A DNA stretch of 64,000 nt from Myxococcales bacterium. GTDB lineage: Bacteria; Myxococcota_A; Polyangia; Polyangiales; DASUME01. Every line of letters starts with the position of its first letter. Within the stretch, counting starts at the first letter, position 1. The stretch lies in the NCBI GenBank assembly GCA_047601445.1, contig JASGJH010000001.1:2400001-2464000 (forward strand), given 5' to 3'. The notes under the pieces are model-generated. The model had not been told where the DNA came from. It saw only the letters and a list, made by a program, of their open reading frames with translations, and searched no databases. The translations under genes were made by a program, and so were the position numbers. Of the stretch, positions 20,363 through 37,972 are shown piece by piece.

Positions 20363-20551
20363 CAAGCAACGGGCGGCGGGACCACGACGGCCGTTCTGTC
20401 AGGGTTACAACGCTACAGCGGAACGGTGGCTCCAGAACCGCTCGGAGTCCCTCTTTTGCAGCGTTGCTCACATCGTATCGAGCGCGCTCAATCAGCTGAT
20501 CCAAGCGTGCCGGGTGATGCTAGCGTTGTCGTGCTTCTCGCCTGCTTTCCT

Positions 20552-21574
20552 ATGCTGTACTGCCGCCCTCGCCTCCCCAGCTTCGCCGATCGCACGAGCT
20601 TCGCGCTGAGCCTCGGTCTGCTCTTCGCGAGCGCCGGCTGCGGCGACTCCGCGGGACCTGGTCCTAGCCACGCGAACCCAACCGTGGGCAGCCCCTGTCA
20701 GGCCAAGAGCGACGAATGCGGGCCCGATCGGGTGTGCGCCGAGGAGCTTACGGGCGGGGCCGCCTACTCCATCCTGTCCGATCCCCTGCCTGCCCCCGAG
20801 GGCTACTGCTCGGCCACCTGCTCCTCAAACGCCGATTGCGGCGAGCGCGGGGTGTGCTTTGGGCGTGGGCTACTGGGCAGCGGCGGCGAGTGTCGTCGGG
20901 CCTGCAAGAGCGCGGCGGATTGCGGACAAGGGCTGGAGTGCGCCACGGCAGCCGAGCTCGCCAGTCCCCTGCTCCCCGACACCTGTCAGCCCCTGCCAAC
21001 CCCCGACACCCTGGGTCCCAACCAGACTGGCGCGCGCTGCGGCGAGGACGCCGATTGCGGCGATGGCTACTGCAAGCAAGCCAGCGACAAGCGCGGCGGC
21101 TACTGCAGCGGTCTGTGCATCGCCGACGCAAACTGCGGCCAGGGCGGCGTGTGTATCCGCGGCATCTACGGCGCCCGTGGCAGCTGTGAAGAGGCATGCC
21201 AGACCGACGCCGATTGCCAAAACGATCAAATGGGCTGGGGCTGCGGCCCTGACAAGCTCTGCGTCCGCAAGGCCGAGCCGTTGCCCTCCGTCGGAGAGCC
21301 GTGCAGTTCGGCCAGCGAGGAAGACGACTGCGGAAGCGGCTCCTGCCGTACCCAGGGCCTGTCAGGCGAGACCTATCCCGGCGGTTACTGCATCGGCAGT
21401 TGCAACGACGACAACGACTGTGGCGCGCTCGGGGTGTGCATCAATGAGCTCACCTGCCTGCGTTCCTGCCAGGACGACACCGACTGCCGCCCGGAATACA
21501 AGTGCCAGGTGCATCCGCAGGCCACCGGAGACAGCCGCGACGACCTCATCTGCTTCCCGCGGCCCAAGCACTGA
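20552..21574 (+). CDS. Cys-rich repeat lipoprotein
   Basis: ASAGC lipobox; three repeats of 12 Cys each. Confidence 0.8.
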   Translation: MLYCRPRLPSFADRTSFALSLGLLFASAGCGDSAGPGPSHANPTVGSPCQAKSDECGPDRVCAEELTGGAAYSILSDPLPAPEGYCSATCSSNADCGERGVCFGRGLLGSGGECRRACKSAADCGQGLECATAAELASPLLPDTCQPLPTPDTLGPNQTGARCGEDADCGDGYCKQASDKRGGYCSGLCIADANCGQGGVCIRGIYGARGSCEEACQTDADCQNDQMGWGCGPDKLCVRKAEPLPSVGEPCSSASEEDDCGSGSCRTQGLSGETYPGGYCIGSCNDDNDCGALGVCINELTCLRSCQDDTDCRPEYKCQVHPQATGDSRDDLICFPRPKH

Positions 21575-21584
21575 CCCACGCGGT

Positions 21585-22970
21585 TCAGGGCCCAGGCCCG
21601 CGCGTGATCCAGGGCTTGTCCGCGAACCCATCTTCGGCTTGGGTGAGATCGAAGGCGGGATCGATCAGACGTGCCGGGGCGCGTCCGTTGAGCACCGCGA
21701 GAGCGTCGGCGAACACGGCTACATCGTGCCCCTCAGCGCGCTCGCGAGCGGCCAAGTAGTGCGCGAACGCCAGGATCAGATCGGGCTGGGTCGCCATGGC
21801 CTTGGTCTGCGATTGACTCAGGTAACGGCGCGGAAAGACCACGCGCCGCTTGCCCGTATCGCGATCCACGAGCACGAACTCGGTGCTGCCCGTCTTCTCG
21901 ATCACCATCACGTGCCAGGCGAAGCGATAGCCCTGCTCGGTCCACAGCAGGTTTCCTGAGTACGCGAAGTGCCGCAGCGGAAGCACGAGTTGGAGCGCCA
22001 TGTAGCAGCCCATGACGAGCCGCTCGATGGCGCTGAGGGAGCGTCCTGACGATCTGACTTCGAGCGCACCGAACCAGCGCGCCGGCAAGAACCTCCGGGG
22101 CCAATCGGGCGGGAAGAACAGCAGCGCGTTGACCACCATCAAATAGGGGAAGATGCCGATCTCGAACAAGCGCGCAGTGAGCCCGTGAAAGAACGTCAGC
22201 ACCAAGAAGGCCGGGACGCGCGCGCGACGCCACGAAAGCCAGAAGGGGATGCTCAGATCGAACAGGGCCCCGAGCCAGCTCATCAGCACCGCGAACCAGG
22301 GCTGCACGAACAAAGCGCCGAGCAGCGGAAGGTCCGCATTGGCCGCGAGCCAGGTGCGGAGCGGCTGACCCAGGACGAGCCAGTCGGACTGCAGCTTGGC
22401 TACGCCGGCGAAGAAGTAGACGAGGCCGACCTGAAAGCGCAGTAGGTGCAGCCACCAGGCCGGGATGCACGCGGGGCGCGGCTTGCGCCAGGCATCGATG
22501 GAGAGCGCATTCGCAGCGGGCGCGAAAGCGAGCAGCAGGGTCAGCAGACTGACCAGATAGTAGTGATTGAGATAGTAAGTGGCGTCGAGGAGATGGACGT
22601 AGCTGAAGAGCGCGCAGAACAACGCGCATGCGAGTCGCGTGAAGCAGCCGAAGCAAATCGCCAGAGCCAGTACACCGAGTGCCGCGAAGATCGCGTAGGC
22701 CCAGGGGCCGGGCGCAGGCAACCAGGTGAACCCGAAGTACGGCAAGAACAACCGGGGCTCGACGTAGTGGGCCCCCACGAGGCCCTTGCTCGCGAAGCGC
22801 ACGATGCCCCCGAACAACAGCACCCCGAACAGGATGCGATAGACGGCCAGGCTCGCCGCGTCGACGGGGGATGGCGAAACGAAGCGAGCGACCAAGCGCG
22901 AGACCCAGCCCGCGCTCTCCGAGCCAGCGCCGCCAGCATTGCGAGCGGTTCCGAGCTCCCCTTCGCCCAT
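21585..22970 (-). CDS. HTTM domain / vitamin K-dependent gamma-carboxylase-like membrane protein
   Basis: LAVYRILFG, YLNHYYL, VYFFAGVAKL, WTEQGYRFAWHVM, QPDLILAFAHYL. Confidence 0.88.
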   Translation of the reverse strand: MGEGELGTARNAGGAGSESAGWVSRLVARFVSPSPVDAASLAVYRILFGVLLFGGIVRFASKGLVGAHYVEPRLFLPYFGFTWLPAPGPWAYAIFAALGVLALAICFGCFTRLACALFCALFSYVHLLDATYYLNHYYLVSLLTLLLAFAPAANALSIDAWRKPRPACIPAWWLHLLRFQVGLVYFFAGVAKLQSDWLVLGQPLRTWLAANADLPLLGALFVQPWFAVLMSWLGALFDLSIPFWLSWRRARVPAFLVLTFFHGLTARLFEIGIFPYLMVVNALLFFPPDWPRRFLPARWFGALEVRSSGRSLSAIERLVMGCYMALQLVLPLRHFAYSGNLLWTEQGYRFAWHVMVIEKTGSTEFVLVDRDTGKRRVVFPRRYLSQSQTKAMATQPDLILAFAHYLAARERAEGHDVAVFADALAVLNGRAPARLIDPAFDLTQAEDGFADKPWITRGPGP

Positions 22971-24115
22971 CAGTCCGAGTCGCTGTAGCCGAAGCCGATG
23001 CTGGCCCCGAGCGCGCCAGCGACCTCCATCACCAGCGTGCTCTTGACGTCGCGCGTCTTCTGATAGGCGTTTTGGATCGGCGTGACATCACCCACCAGGG
23101 TGGTGCGGAACGGCGGCGGGATCGTGTCGACCGCGGCGATGGCAGCATCGAGTGCGGCCAAGAAGCGCGTGTCGGCGTCGGGATTGCTGGCGCGCACGGC
23201 CTCCGAAAGAGAGTGCCCACTGCCCTGCCCGTACTGGCAGGTGTAGATCGCCTTGAGCCCGACGAGGTTGTCGTGGAGCGCGGCGTTGGTGCCGTCGCTA
23301 CGCGGAGCCTCTTCGAACTCGGGGTGGATGGCGCCATTGCTGTCGATGCCGAGCGGCTTGGCGAACTTGTTCATCACCATCAGCTCGGCCAGATACAGCA
23401 TGCCCGTGAGGATCTCGTCGATGCCGTCGCGCTGACGCTCGAACGCGCCATTGCCGAGGCCGGCCTCGCCGAGATCGTGGGCATAGCCCGCGTCCGGCGA
23501 GCCCCAGGCCGCGCGCAGCTTGCCGCACTTGTCCGCGAGATCCTGGGCTTGGCTGTGGAGCAGCGCCAAGCGCCGCACACCGAGCGTCTCCTCGGTCAGG
23601 CGCGCGAGCACGGCGTCGTTGCCCTGGGCGCTGTCGAACAGCGAGTACTCGATGCCCGGGAAGCCGCGCATGTTGGCGCCCACCTTGGTGACCGCATCCA
23701 AGTCCACGGCTCCGCTACCGGTCACCAGCATCTCGATGCGGTCGTTGGCTGCGGGCCAGCTGTCGATGGTCTCGCCCGTGACCGAGATGTCCTGGCTCGG
23801 GCCGATGTAGAAGGCTTGGCTCTGATGCCAGGTCCCGCGCGCCGTGCGGAAAGCCGCCTGCGCCGCGCCCAGTGTATCGAGCGAGGGCGTGGCCTCCAAG
23901 GCAGTCACGGCCGCGACCAGCACGCTGGTTTGCGCCTGCAGGTCGTCGAGCACCTTGAGCATCACCACCGAAACCGTTTCGCGCAGGACCTCCTGACGCA
24001 CGGTGTCGGGCTTGTCCGGCTCGACCGCACACGCCTGGAACAGCGCAGCGGCGCCGCCGCCTACCACCGGGAACAGGCCAACCACCAACAACAAGTCGCG
24101 ACGTGACAGCTTCAT
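22970..24115 (-). CDS. Imelysin family lipoprotein (possible Tat signal)
   Basis: SRRDLL, FQAC lipobox, RGFPGIEY, C-terminal GFGYSDSD. Confidence 0.85.
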   Translation of the reverse strand: MKLSRRDLLLVVGLFPVVGGGAAALFQACAVEPDKPDTVRQEVLRETVSVVMLKVLDDLQAQTSVLVAAVTALEATPSLDTLGAAQAAFRTARGTWHQSQAFYIGPSQDISVTGETIDSWPAANDRIEMLVTGSGAVDLDAVTKVGANMRGFPGIEYSLFDSAQGNDAVLARLTEETLGVRRLALLHSQAQDLADKCGKLRAAWGSPDAGYAHDLGEAGLGNGAFERQRDGIDEILTGMLYLAELMVMNKFAKPLGIDSNGAIHPEFEEAPRSDGTNAALHDNLVGLKAIYTCQYGQGSGHSLSEAVRASNPDADTRFLAALDAAIAAVDTIPPPFRTTLVGDVTPIQNAYQKTRDVKSTLVMEVAGALGASIGFGYSDSD

Positions 24116-24161
24116 GATTCCCAGATCCGTCGAAGCGGGCGGGGCCGCCTGCGAGCAAAAT

Positions 24162-25559
24162 TCACAGCGAGCCCAGGAATGCGAGCAGCGCTGCGCGCTC
24201 TTCCTTGGACAGTTTCAAGACCTCATCGCGCGCCGCCTGGGCTTCGCCACCATGCCAGAGCACGGCCTCCATGAGCCCGCGTGCGCGCCCGTCGTGCAGG
24301 AAGTATTCGTGGTGGTTGACCACCTTGACCAGTCCGATGCCCCACAGTGGCGAGGTGCGCCACTCGCTGCCAGTGGCCTCGAAGTCCGGACGGTGATCCG
24401 CCAAGCCCTCGCCCATGTCGTGCAGCAGGAGATCCGTGTAGGGGCGAATCGTGTGATTCTCGAGTTCGGGGAAACCCGCCAAGGGCCCGGTCTTCATCAT
24501 GCTCACGTGGCAGCCGGCGCAGCCTAGGTCGTTGAAGATCTGCTTGCCGTGCAACACCTCGGGCTTCTGCCAGTCGCGCCGCGCAGGCACCGCCAGCGTG
24601 TGCATGTAGTGAACCACGCTGGACAGCGCGGAATCCGAGACCTCCGGTTGTCCATCCTCTTCGCCGGTCGGCTGCTCCAGACAGAGGGTCTCTGCGGGCG
24701 TGCACTCCTGGCCATGAAACATGCTCGAGCTGATCCCCATGTCGCCGTTGAAGGCTCCCGCGGACTGCTGTTCCAGCGAGGGCTGATTGGCCTTCCAACC
24801 GAAGCGCCCGACGGTCGGCATGCTCGCGCGCACGTTCCACACGTGGTTGATGCGGCCCGAGATTCCGTCGCCATCCTGATCGTCGGGATCCGCGAAGCCC
24901 TCGAGCGTGCTGTCGGGCACCGCCGCGAGCAGGCCCAGTCCGAACACCGCCTGAGCCACGCGCGGCGAGAGCATGACGTCGCCCGCCATGGGGCCATAGG
25001 CCAGCTGCTCCACGGTGTACGTAGGCTTGCGCAGGCTGAAGGGTTCGCCGTCGGCGAAGCTGCCAGGAACCTCTTCGTATTGAATGGTGACCTGGGCCTC
25101 GGGCATCACCTTGAGCACGCCACGATCCTGGATCTGCCCACCGTACGTGGGCTCGGGCATGGGTCCGCCGTGCGCGTCCATGCCAGGCACGCTGATGCGC
25201 ACGAGCATGGAGAGCATCTGCTCGCCGGGCATCTCGGGCGGCCGTCCGCGGCCGTCCTTGAGGTGACAAGCCGAGCAGTTGGTGGCGTTGAAGAAGGGCC
25301 CGAGGCCGTCGAACTGCTTCACCGACGCGGGCGCCGTCACCCAACCGCGGTTGAAGATCGCGTTGCCCAGGAAGAACTCGTCCGCGCTGTCGCCAGTCAA
25401 AAGCGGGAGGTCCTGGCCAAACGCCATGCGCGTGGCATCGAACACCGTGGCGGCACCGCCCGAGTATTGCTCCTCGGGCTCGGCACCTGGCGCACCCTTG
25501 TCATCCCCACACGCCGACAGCAACAACGCGGCGATGATCACGGGCGCGCTACGAATCAC
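24162..25559 (-). CDS. Di-heme oxidoreductase (DHOR/DUF1111) lipoprotein
   Basis: LSAC lipobox, DGLGP, CSACH, GRFGWKA, CAGCH, LHDGRAR. Confidence 0.9.
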   Translation of the reverse strand: MIRSAPVIIAALLLSACGDDKGAPGAEPEEQYSGGAATVFDATRMAFGQDLPLLTGDSADEFFLGNAIFNRGWVTAPASVKQFDGLGPFFNATNCSACHLKDGRGRPPEMPGEQMLSMLVRISVPGMDAHGGPMPEPTYGGQIQDRGVLKVMPEAQVTIQYEEVPGSFADGEPFSLRKPTYTVEQLAYGPMAGDVMLSPRVAQAVFGLGLLAAVPDSTLEGFADPDDQDGDGISGRINHVWNVRASMPTVGRFGWKANQPSLEQQSAGAFNGDMGISSSMFHGQECTPAETLCLEQPTGEEDGQPEVSDSALSSVVHYMHTLAVPARRDWQKPEVLHGKQIFNDLGCAGCHVSMMKTGPLAGFPELENHTIRPYTDLLLHDMGEGLADHRPDFEATGSEWRTSPLWGIGLVKVVNHHEYFLHDGRARGLMEAVLWHGGEAQAARDEVLKLSKEERAALLAFLGSL

Positions 25560-26777
25560 AGTTCCTCCGACGGCTTCTCGAGCATCACGGAGAGGCCCAG
25601 GGCCACGGCCGCCTTCTCGACATCACTACCCACGACTTTGAGCGCCTTTATGGCATCCAACATCGCGGTGCGCTCGGGTCCACCCTCCGGAGAGGTGATT
25701 ACAACGTCGATGGGCTTGCCCGTGTTTTGTAGGTCCACCAACGCCTGGAGCTTTTCGACGGAGGTTTCAATGTCGGCAGTCATCTGTGCGGCCAGGCTCG
25801 GATCGACGGCTTTCACCACCTCATCGAGACCCACGCCATCCATGCTCCCGTAGCGGCCGAGCCAGAGGTTCTGAATGCCCACGCCGTCCCCATGCAAATC
25901 CGACGCGGTGGTGTCGGAGAAACAAGAGTGCTCGTCCTCCTGGCTGCGGTTCTTGTAAGCGACGGTCATGCGCTCGCCCGAGAGTTCCGCGTTGGCCATG
26001 GATCCGAGCGACACCAGGAAGTCGGAGATGGCGGTCTTCCGGGCCTCCGGGCTGCCCACGCCGAAGCTCGCCTGGTAGTTGTCGCTCTTGCTGGGATCCC
26101 ACTGGGCGGCGACCTCCTGCAAGTCGGAGAGCAGCAAGTCCGTGACGATGCTCAGGTATTGCTTGCGACGCGCCTGGTTTTCGGCCGTGCCACCCACCTC
26201 GAGATAGTCGGTGTAGGGGCGCTTGCCCGCGCCCAGCCCGGGCATTTCATCGTCCTGGCCCCAGAGCAGGAACTCGATCGCGTGGTAGCCGGTGGAAATG
26301 GCTTCCTCACCCGCAGCCGTGTTGGCGGCCTTGAGCACTTCGGTGGTCAGCTGAGGCGTGTTGGTGGTGTCGTTGATCAGGCCGGCGGTGGCGTCGTCGC
26401 GCACGTAGTCGATGTAGTTCTCATCGAGCGGCCACGCGTTGATCTCGCCTTCGGGTCCCGTCTCGGAGTTGTCGATGGGGCCCTCGTAAAAGCGAAAGAT
26501 TCTCGCTCGGGCCGTAGGGCAAGCGTGCGGCGATCCAGGCGTCCTTGGCGGCCTGCTGCGTCTCGGCCGACGGCGCAGCCAAGAAGGCGTCGATTGCGAC
26601 TTTCAATTTCTGAGCAGTGGTGACGACGTCGGTGTAGTTCGCGTTGACCAGCTGCTTGTAGTTGGCGATGGCCTGCTCGGCCTGGACTGCGGGAAACTTC
26701 GAGGAATCTTCGCCGTCGCCGCAGGCGGCGAGCAGCGCGAGGGAGGCACAGGAGAGCGTCAGGGTACGAAAATGCAT
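25556..26777 (-). CDS. Imelysin/IrpA iron-regulated lipoprotein (+1 frameshift ~26500)
   Basis: LAAC lipobox, frame-corrected FRFYEGPID, TGYHAIEFLLWGQD, EDEHSCFSD. Confidence 0.88.
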
Positions 26778-26782
26778 GGCGG

Positions 26783-26811
26783 TCATTACTGATATCGACA
26801 TTCAGCGTCAA
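26783..26811 (-). promoter_or_regulatory. Sigma70-like promoter overlapping a Fur-box-like element
   Basis: TTGACG-N17-TAATGA with TGAATGTCGATATCA (7-1-7-like) in the spacer. Confidence 0.5.
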
Positions 26812-26847
26812 GACGATCTGGCGCTCACACTGGTTCCTTGCTTGCTC

Positions 26848-26879
26848 TCATATGAAGACCTTCATATGATGCCCTTCAT
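26848..26879. promoter_or_regulatory. Tandem TetR operator
   Basis: Perfect TCATATGAA-N4-TTCATATGA inverted repeat; two tandem ATGA-N6-TCAT units directly before tetR. Confidence 0.7.
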
Positions 26880-26882
26880 CTG

Positions 26883-27493
26883 ATGGCTCCCCCCTCCCAG
26901 CGCACCCTGCACAAGGCTCAGACCCACGCCCGAATCGTGGCGTCGGCCGTGCAACTGGTGCGTCGAGCAGGCTTGGCCGCCGCCAGTGTGCCGCAGGTGA
27001 TGGGCGGAGCCGGCATGACGGTGGGCGGCTTTTATGCGCATTTCCGCTCCAAGCAGGCCATGGACGCGGCCGTTCTCGCGCAGGCCATGCGCGAGGTTCG
27101 CGAGGAATGGCTGCTGGGGCTGGACCGCACGCCAGGCCTCGATTTCCTGGCGCGCGCGGTGAAGCGCTATCTCTCGCCCCGGCATCGCGACAACATCGAG
27201 ACCGGCTGCGTTTTGCCGTCCACCATGTCGGAGCTCACGCGCGCCGACCGCGTCACACGCTCCGCCATGGCCGAGGGTGTGGAAGAAGTGGTGCGCATGC
27301 TGGCGGAGCACGCGCCGGAGCACGAAAACGCGACTCCCCGCGAGCGCGCCCTGGCAGCCCTCGCCCTGTGCATCGGTGGACTCACCATGGCCCGCGCGCT
27401 GCGCGGCACGCCGTTAAGTGACGAACTGCTGAAGGCCTGCGTGAAGTGGGCCCTGCCCGAACCGAGTGCCCAACCCAGCAGAAAGAGCCCACC

Positions 27494-27497
<4 letters not shown>
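26883..27497 (+). CDS. TetR/AcrR family regulator
   Basis: VMGGAGMTVGGFYAHFRSK HTH; YLSPRHRD...GC. Confidence 0.92.
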
Positions 27498-30324
<2,827 letters not shown>

Positions 30325-30392
30325 TCGGCAGAGGTCCCTGTTCGTCGCACGGGCTCGCGCTCGTGAACACGCCCACGAACACGAACATGGCC

Positions 30393-31184
30393 TCACGTTC
30401 TACGATACTTCTCGTAGAGCTCGTCTCGCCACGCGATCAGGTCGGCGTAGCGCGGGCCAAACACGGGATCGCGGAAGGTCTCGCGGGTTTCGGTGCCGAT
30501 GCGCAAGCCCAGCTTGGGTGGCTCGATAAAGGCCAATATCTGCGCCATGGTGATGTCTGCGTAGCTGAAGTGCTCCAAGAGGGTCTTTGGCTCCGCCTGC
30601 GCCGTGCTGCGCTTCAGGTCTGCGCGCAGCGCATCGAGTGCCTCGCCGAGCACACGCTCGTGGGCCGATTCGCTCACGCGGTCGGCCTCGTACTTGCGCA
30701 GGGTGCGCCGGATGGCCATGGCTGCCAAGCGTGGCGCCAGCTTGCCGAGACCCGCGCGCAGCACCGGAGGCACGAGCTCGGCAAGGGCGCTGTCCTTCTC
30801 CAGCAGACGCTGCAGCGCCCGTGCCCGCCCCGCTGACAGACCGGCTTCACTCAGCGCGTCGTAGCGCGCGATGTCGCGCTCCCTGCCCGCCGGAAAGAGC
30901 TCGATGCGGCTGCCCTGGGCCCGCGCGTGCGCCCCGGCGTAACGCGCGATGTCGAGGGACTCCGCGATGGCCCCCGAAGCCGTCCTGAGCACGGGCACGC
31001 TGACCCGCCCGCGGGGACGCTTCACGAGCGCGCGCAGCCCGAGTTCGCCGATGAGCGGCTGATAGATTCGCTTGCGATAGGGAACGCCGAGCACATCGAG
31101 GGCCCAGCGCGCCTTTTCGGACCAGGGCGAGTAAGGCAAGTACCAGAGCTCGGTTTCGGTGCGATCCGCTTGCTGCTTGGACAA
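30393..31184 (-). CDS. Glutathione S-transferase-like protein
   Basis: SPWSEKARWALD, VPVL, ESLDIA, FSYADI. Confidence 0.82.
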   Translation of the reverse strand: MSKQQADRTETELWYLPYSPWSEKARWALDVLGVPYRKRIYQPLIGELGLRALVKRPRGRVSVPVLRTASGAIAESLDIARYAGAHARAQGSRIELFPAGRERDIARYDALSEAGLSAGRARALQRLLEKDSALAELVPPVLRAGLGKLAPRLAAMAIRRTLRKYEADRVSESAHERVLGEALDALRADLKRSTAQAEPKTLLEHFSYADITMAQILAFIEPPKLGLRIGTETRETFRDPVFGPRYADLIAWRDELYEKYRRT

Positions 31185-31214
31185 GGTGGATGTCCTTCCG
31201 TCCCCGCCGCTCGA

Positions 31215-31705
31215 CTACCTCGAAGCCAGTCGACGCTCCACGTCTTCGAGCAGGCGTTGGATCTGTTGGTTACCAGCGTCCTTCTGCAGCGCGAGCTTCA
31301 GGTTGACCTTCGCGTTGCCGAAGTCTCCAGCTTTGTACAACTGCTCGGCCTTCACGGCGAACGGTCGCGCCAGGGGACTCTTCACCTTGATCGGCCACTG
31401 CCCAACCTCGGGGGTCTCCTGCGGTGTCGGCGCCGTGGCGTCGAAGCGCAAGCGGCCCTCCGCCAGGCCCGCGTCGTAGAGCTTGCGTCGGGGCAGGTCG
31501 GTCAGGACCTTGTAGGCCTCCGCGCCACGCCGATAGATCTGCGCCGCGCGCTCGACCTTGGCGGGCTCCGCGCCCGCGCCCGCGAAGCGGTCGGGGTGAT
31601 ACTTGGCCGCAAAACGGTGAAACGCCCGCCGGACGTCTTCCGGGCTCGCGTCCTCTGCCACCTGGAGCAGCGTGTAGTAGTCGAGTGCCTGGAGCGGGTC
31701 GTCGC

Positions 31706-31709
<4 letters not shown>
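31215..31709 (-). CDS. J-domain protein with C-terminal TPR-like helices
   Basis: DYYTLL, KYHPDRF, EAYKVLTD; ATG overlaps the Hsp70 stop. Confidence 0.88.
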
Positions 31710-33683
<1,974 letters not shown>

Positions 33684-33717
33684 AGGGGGAGCATGCTACC
33701 ACGGCTCGTTTCGGGGA

Positions 33718-36345
<2,628 letters not shown>

Positions 36346-36432
36346 GCTCAGCTGCCTCGTGTGATTGTCCGTGCGCGCGGCCCGCGCGCCTCTCAGGCTC
36401 GAGGTGGGCGGGCGGCCATCCCGCTCCGGTCC

Positions 36433-36488
36433 GTGCGCGGGGCCCCGCGCACATCTCTATCGCGCGTACGCGTACGCGTGCGCGCGCG
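36433..36488. repeat. 20-bp perfect palindrome followed by 28-bp alternating Pu/Py tract
   Basis: gtgcgcggggccccgcgcac (36433-36452); cgcgcgtacgcgtacgcgtgcgcgcgcg (36461-36488). Confidence 0.8.
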
Positions 36489-36642
36489 ACCCCTCGAGTG
36501 AGCGCGCACGGTATCACGTCGGAGCGCCGGAGGCACCTGTGAGCTGCACCGCCAAGGCTGCGTTTTGGCGAGCCCTTTCGGCGATCTGGGGGCCCCTGGA
36601 AGCAGGCCCTCCCAAGGCCCGGACCTGTGATAGGGTGGATTC

Positions 36643-36981
36643 ATGCGTCGGCGCTCCTGGCTCCTGGCCCTGCTCTCGCTCGCTGCCCTCCCGGCAGTGG
36701 GCGGTTGCGGCACCACGCCGACGCTCCCTCTGCCCCCGCCCGTGGCCTCCGTGGGTCAGTCCGTGAATGGGCTGGTGCTGGTCGAGGGCCAGGTTCTCCC
36801 CCGCGCGTTCGTCTCCGTCTTCAACGAGCGGACCGAGGCGGGAGTCATCACCCGTGCCGACATGGAGGGCGCCTTTTCGGCCGAGCTCGAGGGCGAGGTC
36901 GGCGACGTGCTGACCCTCTGGCAGGAGCACGAGGGGGACACCGGCGAGCGCAAGACGTTGGTCGTGCCGGCGCCACGCTGA
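36643..36981 (+). CDS. Small lipoprotein, Ig-like beta fold
   Basis: MRRRSWLL...VGGC lipobox. Confidence 0.72.
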   Translation: MRRRSWLLALLSLAALPAVGGCGTTPTLPLPPPVASVGQSVNGLVLVEGQVLPRAFVSVFNERTEAGVITRADMEGAFSAELEGEVGDVLTLWQEHEGDTGERKTLVVPAPR

Positions 36982-37164
36982 GGCCGTAGCCACCCACGGC
37001 TGAACGAGGCTCCGAGCATGTCCACGGGACCACCGCCGAAGCCCTGAACAAACGCCCGGGTTTCACGCGGTTTTTTGATTTTTTCCGCGGCTGGTCATAG
37101 AGCTAGCTCGGGGAGCGTCTTCCCCCGCTCGCCAGTTTCGAGCGGGCCTCGAGGACGGGAAGCA

Positions 37165-37929
37165 ATGGACACCGCGATGCGCGATCTCGACCAGCTACGC
37201 GAGCGCGGCGAGCAGACCACCGGACGCAAGGTGGGCCTGTTCGCGCTGGCCGGAGTGCTGTCGGTCACGGCCGTGTTGGCCATGGTCCTCACGCTTCAAG
37301 ACGGGGACGCCAAGGCCGCCCAGCCGAGCCCGGATCTGCTGGCCCAGCTGGCCCTCGCGCCCTCCCCCACGGATCCTGCTGCCCCGTCCAAGTCGGCGGA
37401 GGTTCGACTCGACTCCCTGTCGTTCCCCACCACGCTGCTGGACCGCGACGAGGTTGCCCTCGAGGCAACCGTGCGCGCGGCCGAGGCCGAACACGAACAG
37501 CTCACCGGAGTGGCGCGCCCCGGCCTCGACCTGCCCACGCCGAGCGTGGCCGAGGTGCCCGCGGCGCAACTCGCCGGAGCCGACCGAGCGCGCCTCGCGC
37601 GCGTGGCCAAGCACGATCCGATGGTGGCCGAGACGCAGCCGACGCACACGGCCGAGACGGCGCCAGTGGGACACGAAGGTACGTACACATTGCAGGTCGT
37701 ATCCTACGAGCGCCGCGAGGAAGCCGAAGAGTTCGCCAAGACCCTGCGCACCCGCGGCCACAAGGCCTACGTCATGCAGGCTGAGGTCCCGGAGCGGGGG
37801 CGCTTCTATCGCGTTCGCGTGGGTCCCTTCAGCGCGCGCCAGGAAGCCCGCGACTACCAGGACAAGTTCGAAGCCGACGAGCACATGCGCACCATCCTGG
37901 TGAGCAACAAAGACAAGCACGTCGACTAG
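37165..37929 (+). CDS. SPOR domain membrane protein
   Basis: TM, then YTLQVVSY...FYRVRVGPF. Confidence 0.88.
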   Translation: MDTAMRDLDQLRERGEQTTGRKVGLFALAGVLSVTAVLAMVLTLQDGDAKAAQPSPDLLAQLALAPSPTDPAAPSKSAEVRLDSLSFPTTLLDRDEVALEATVRAAEAEHEQLTGVARPGLDLPTPSVAEVPAAQLAGADRARLARVAKHDPMVAETQPTHTAETAPVGHEGTYTLQVVSYERREEAEEFAKTLRTRGHKAYVMQAEVPERGRFYRVRVGPFSARQEARDYQDKFEADEHMRTILVSNKDKHVD

Positions 37930-37972
37930 AGCGCCACCGCGCGACGCCAAAAACGCTGGTAGGATCGTCTGC

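Noticed and set aside
30337..30390. Short acgaac/gttcgt repeats between fadH and GST
   Set aside because: Too short and irregular for a CRISPR or REP call; possibly part of a terminator.
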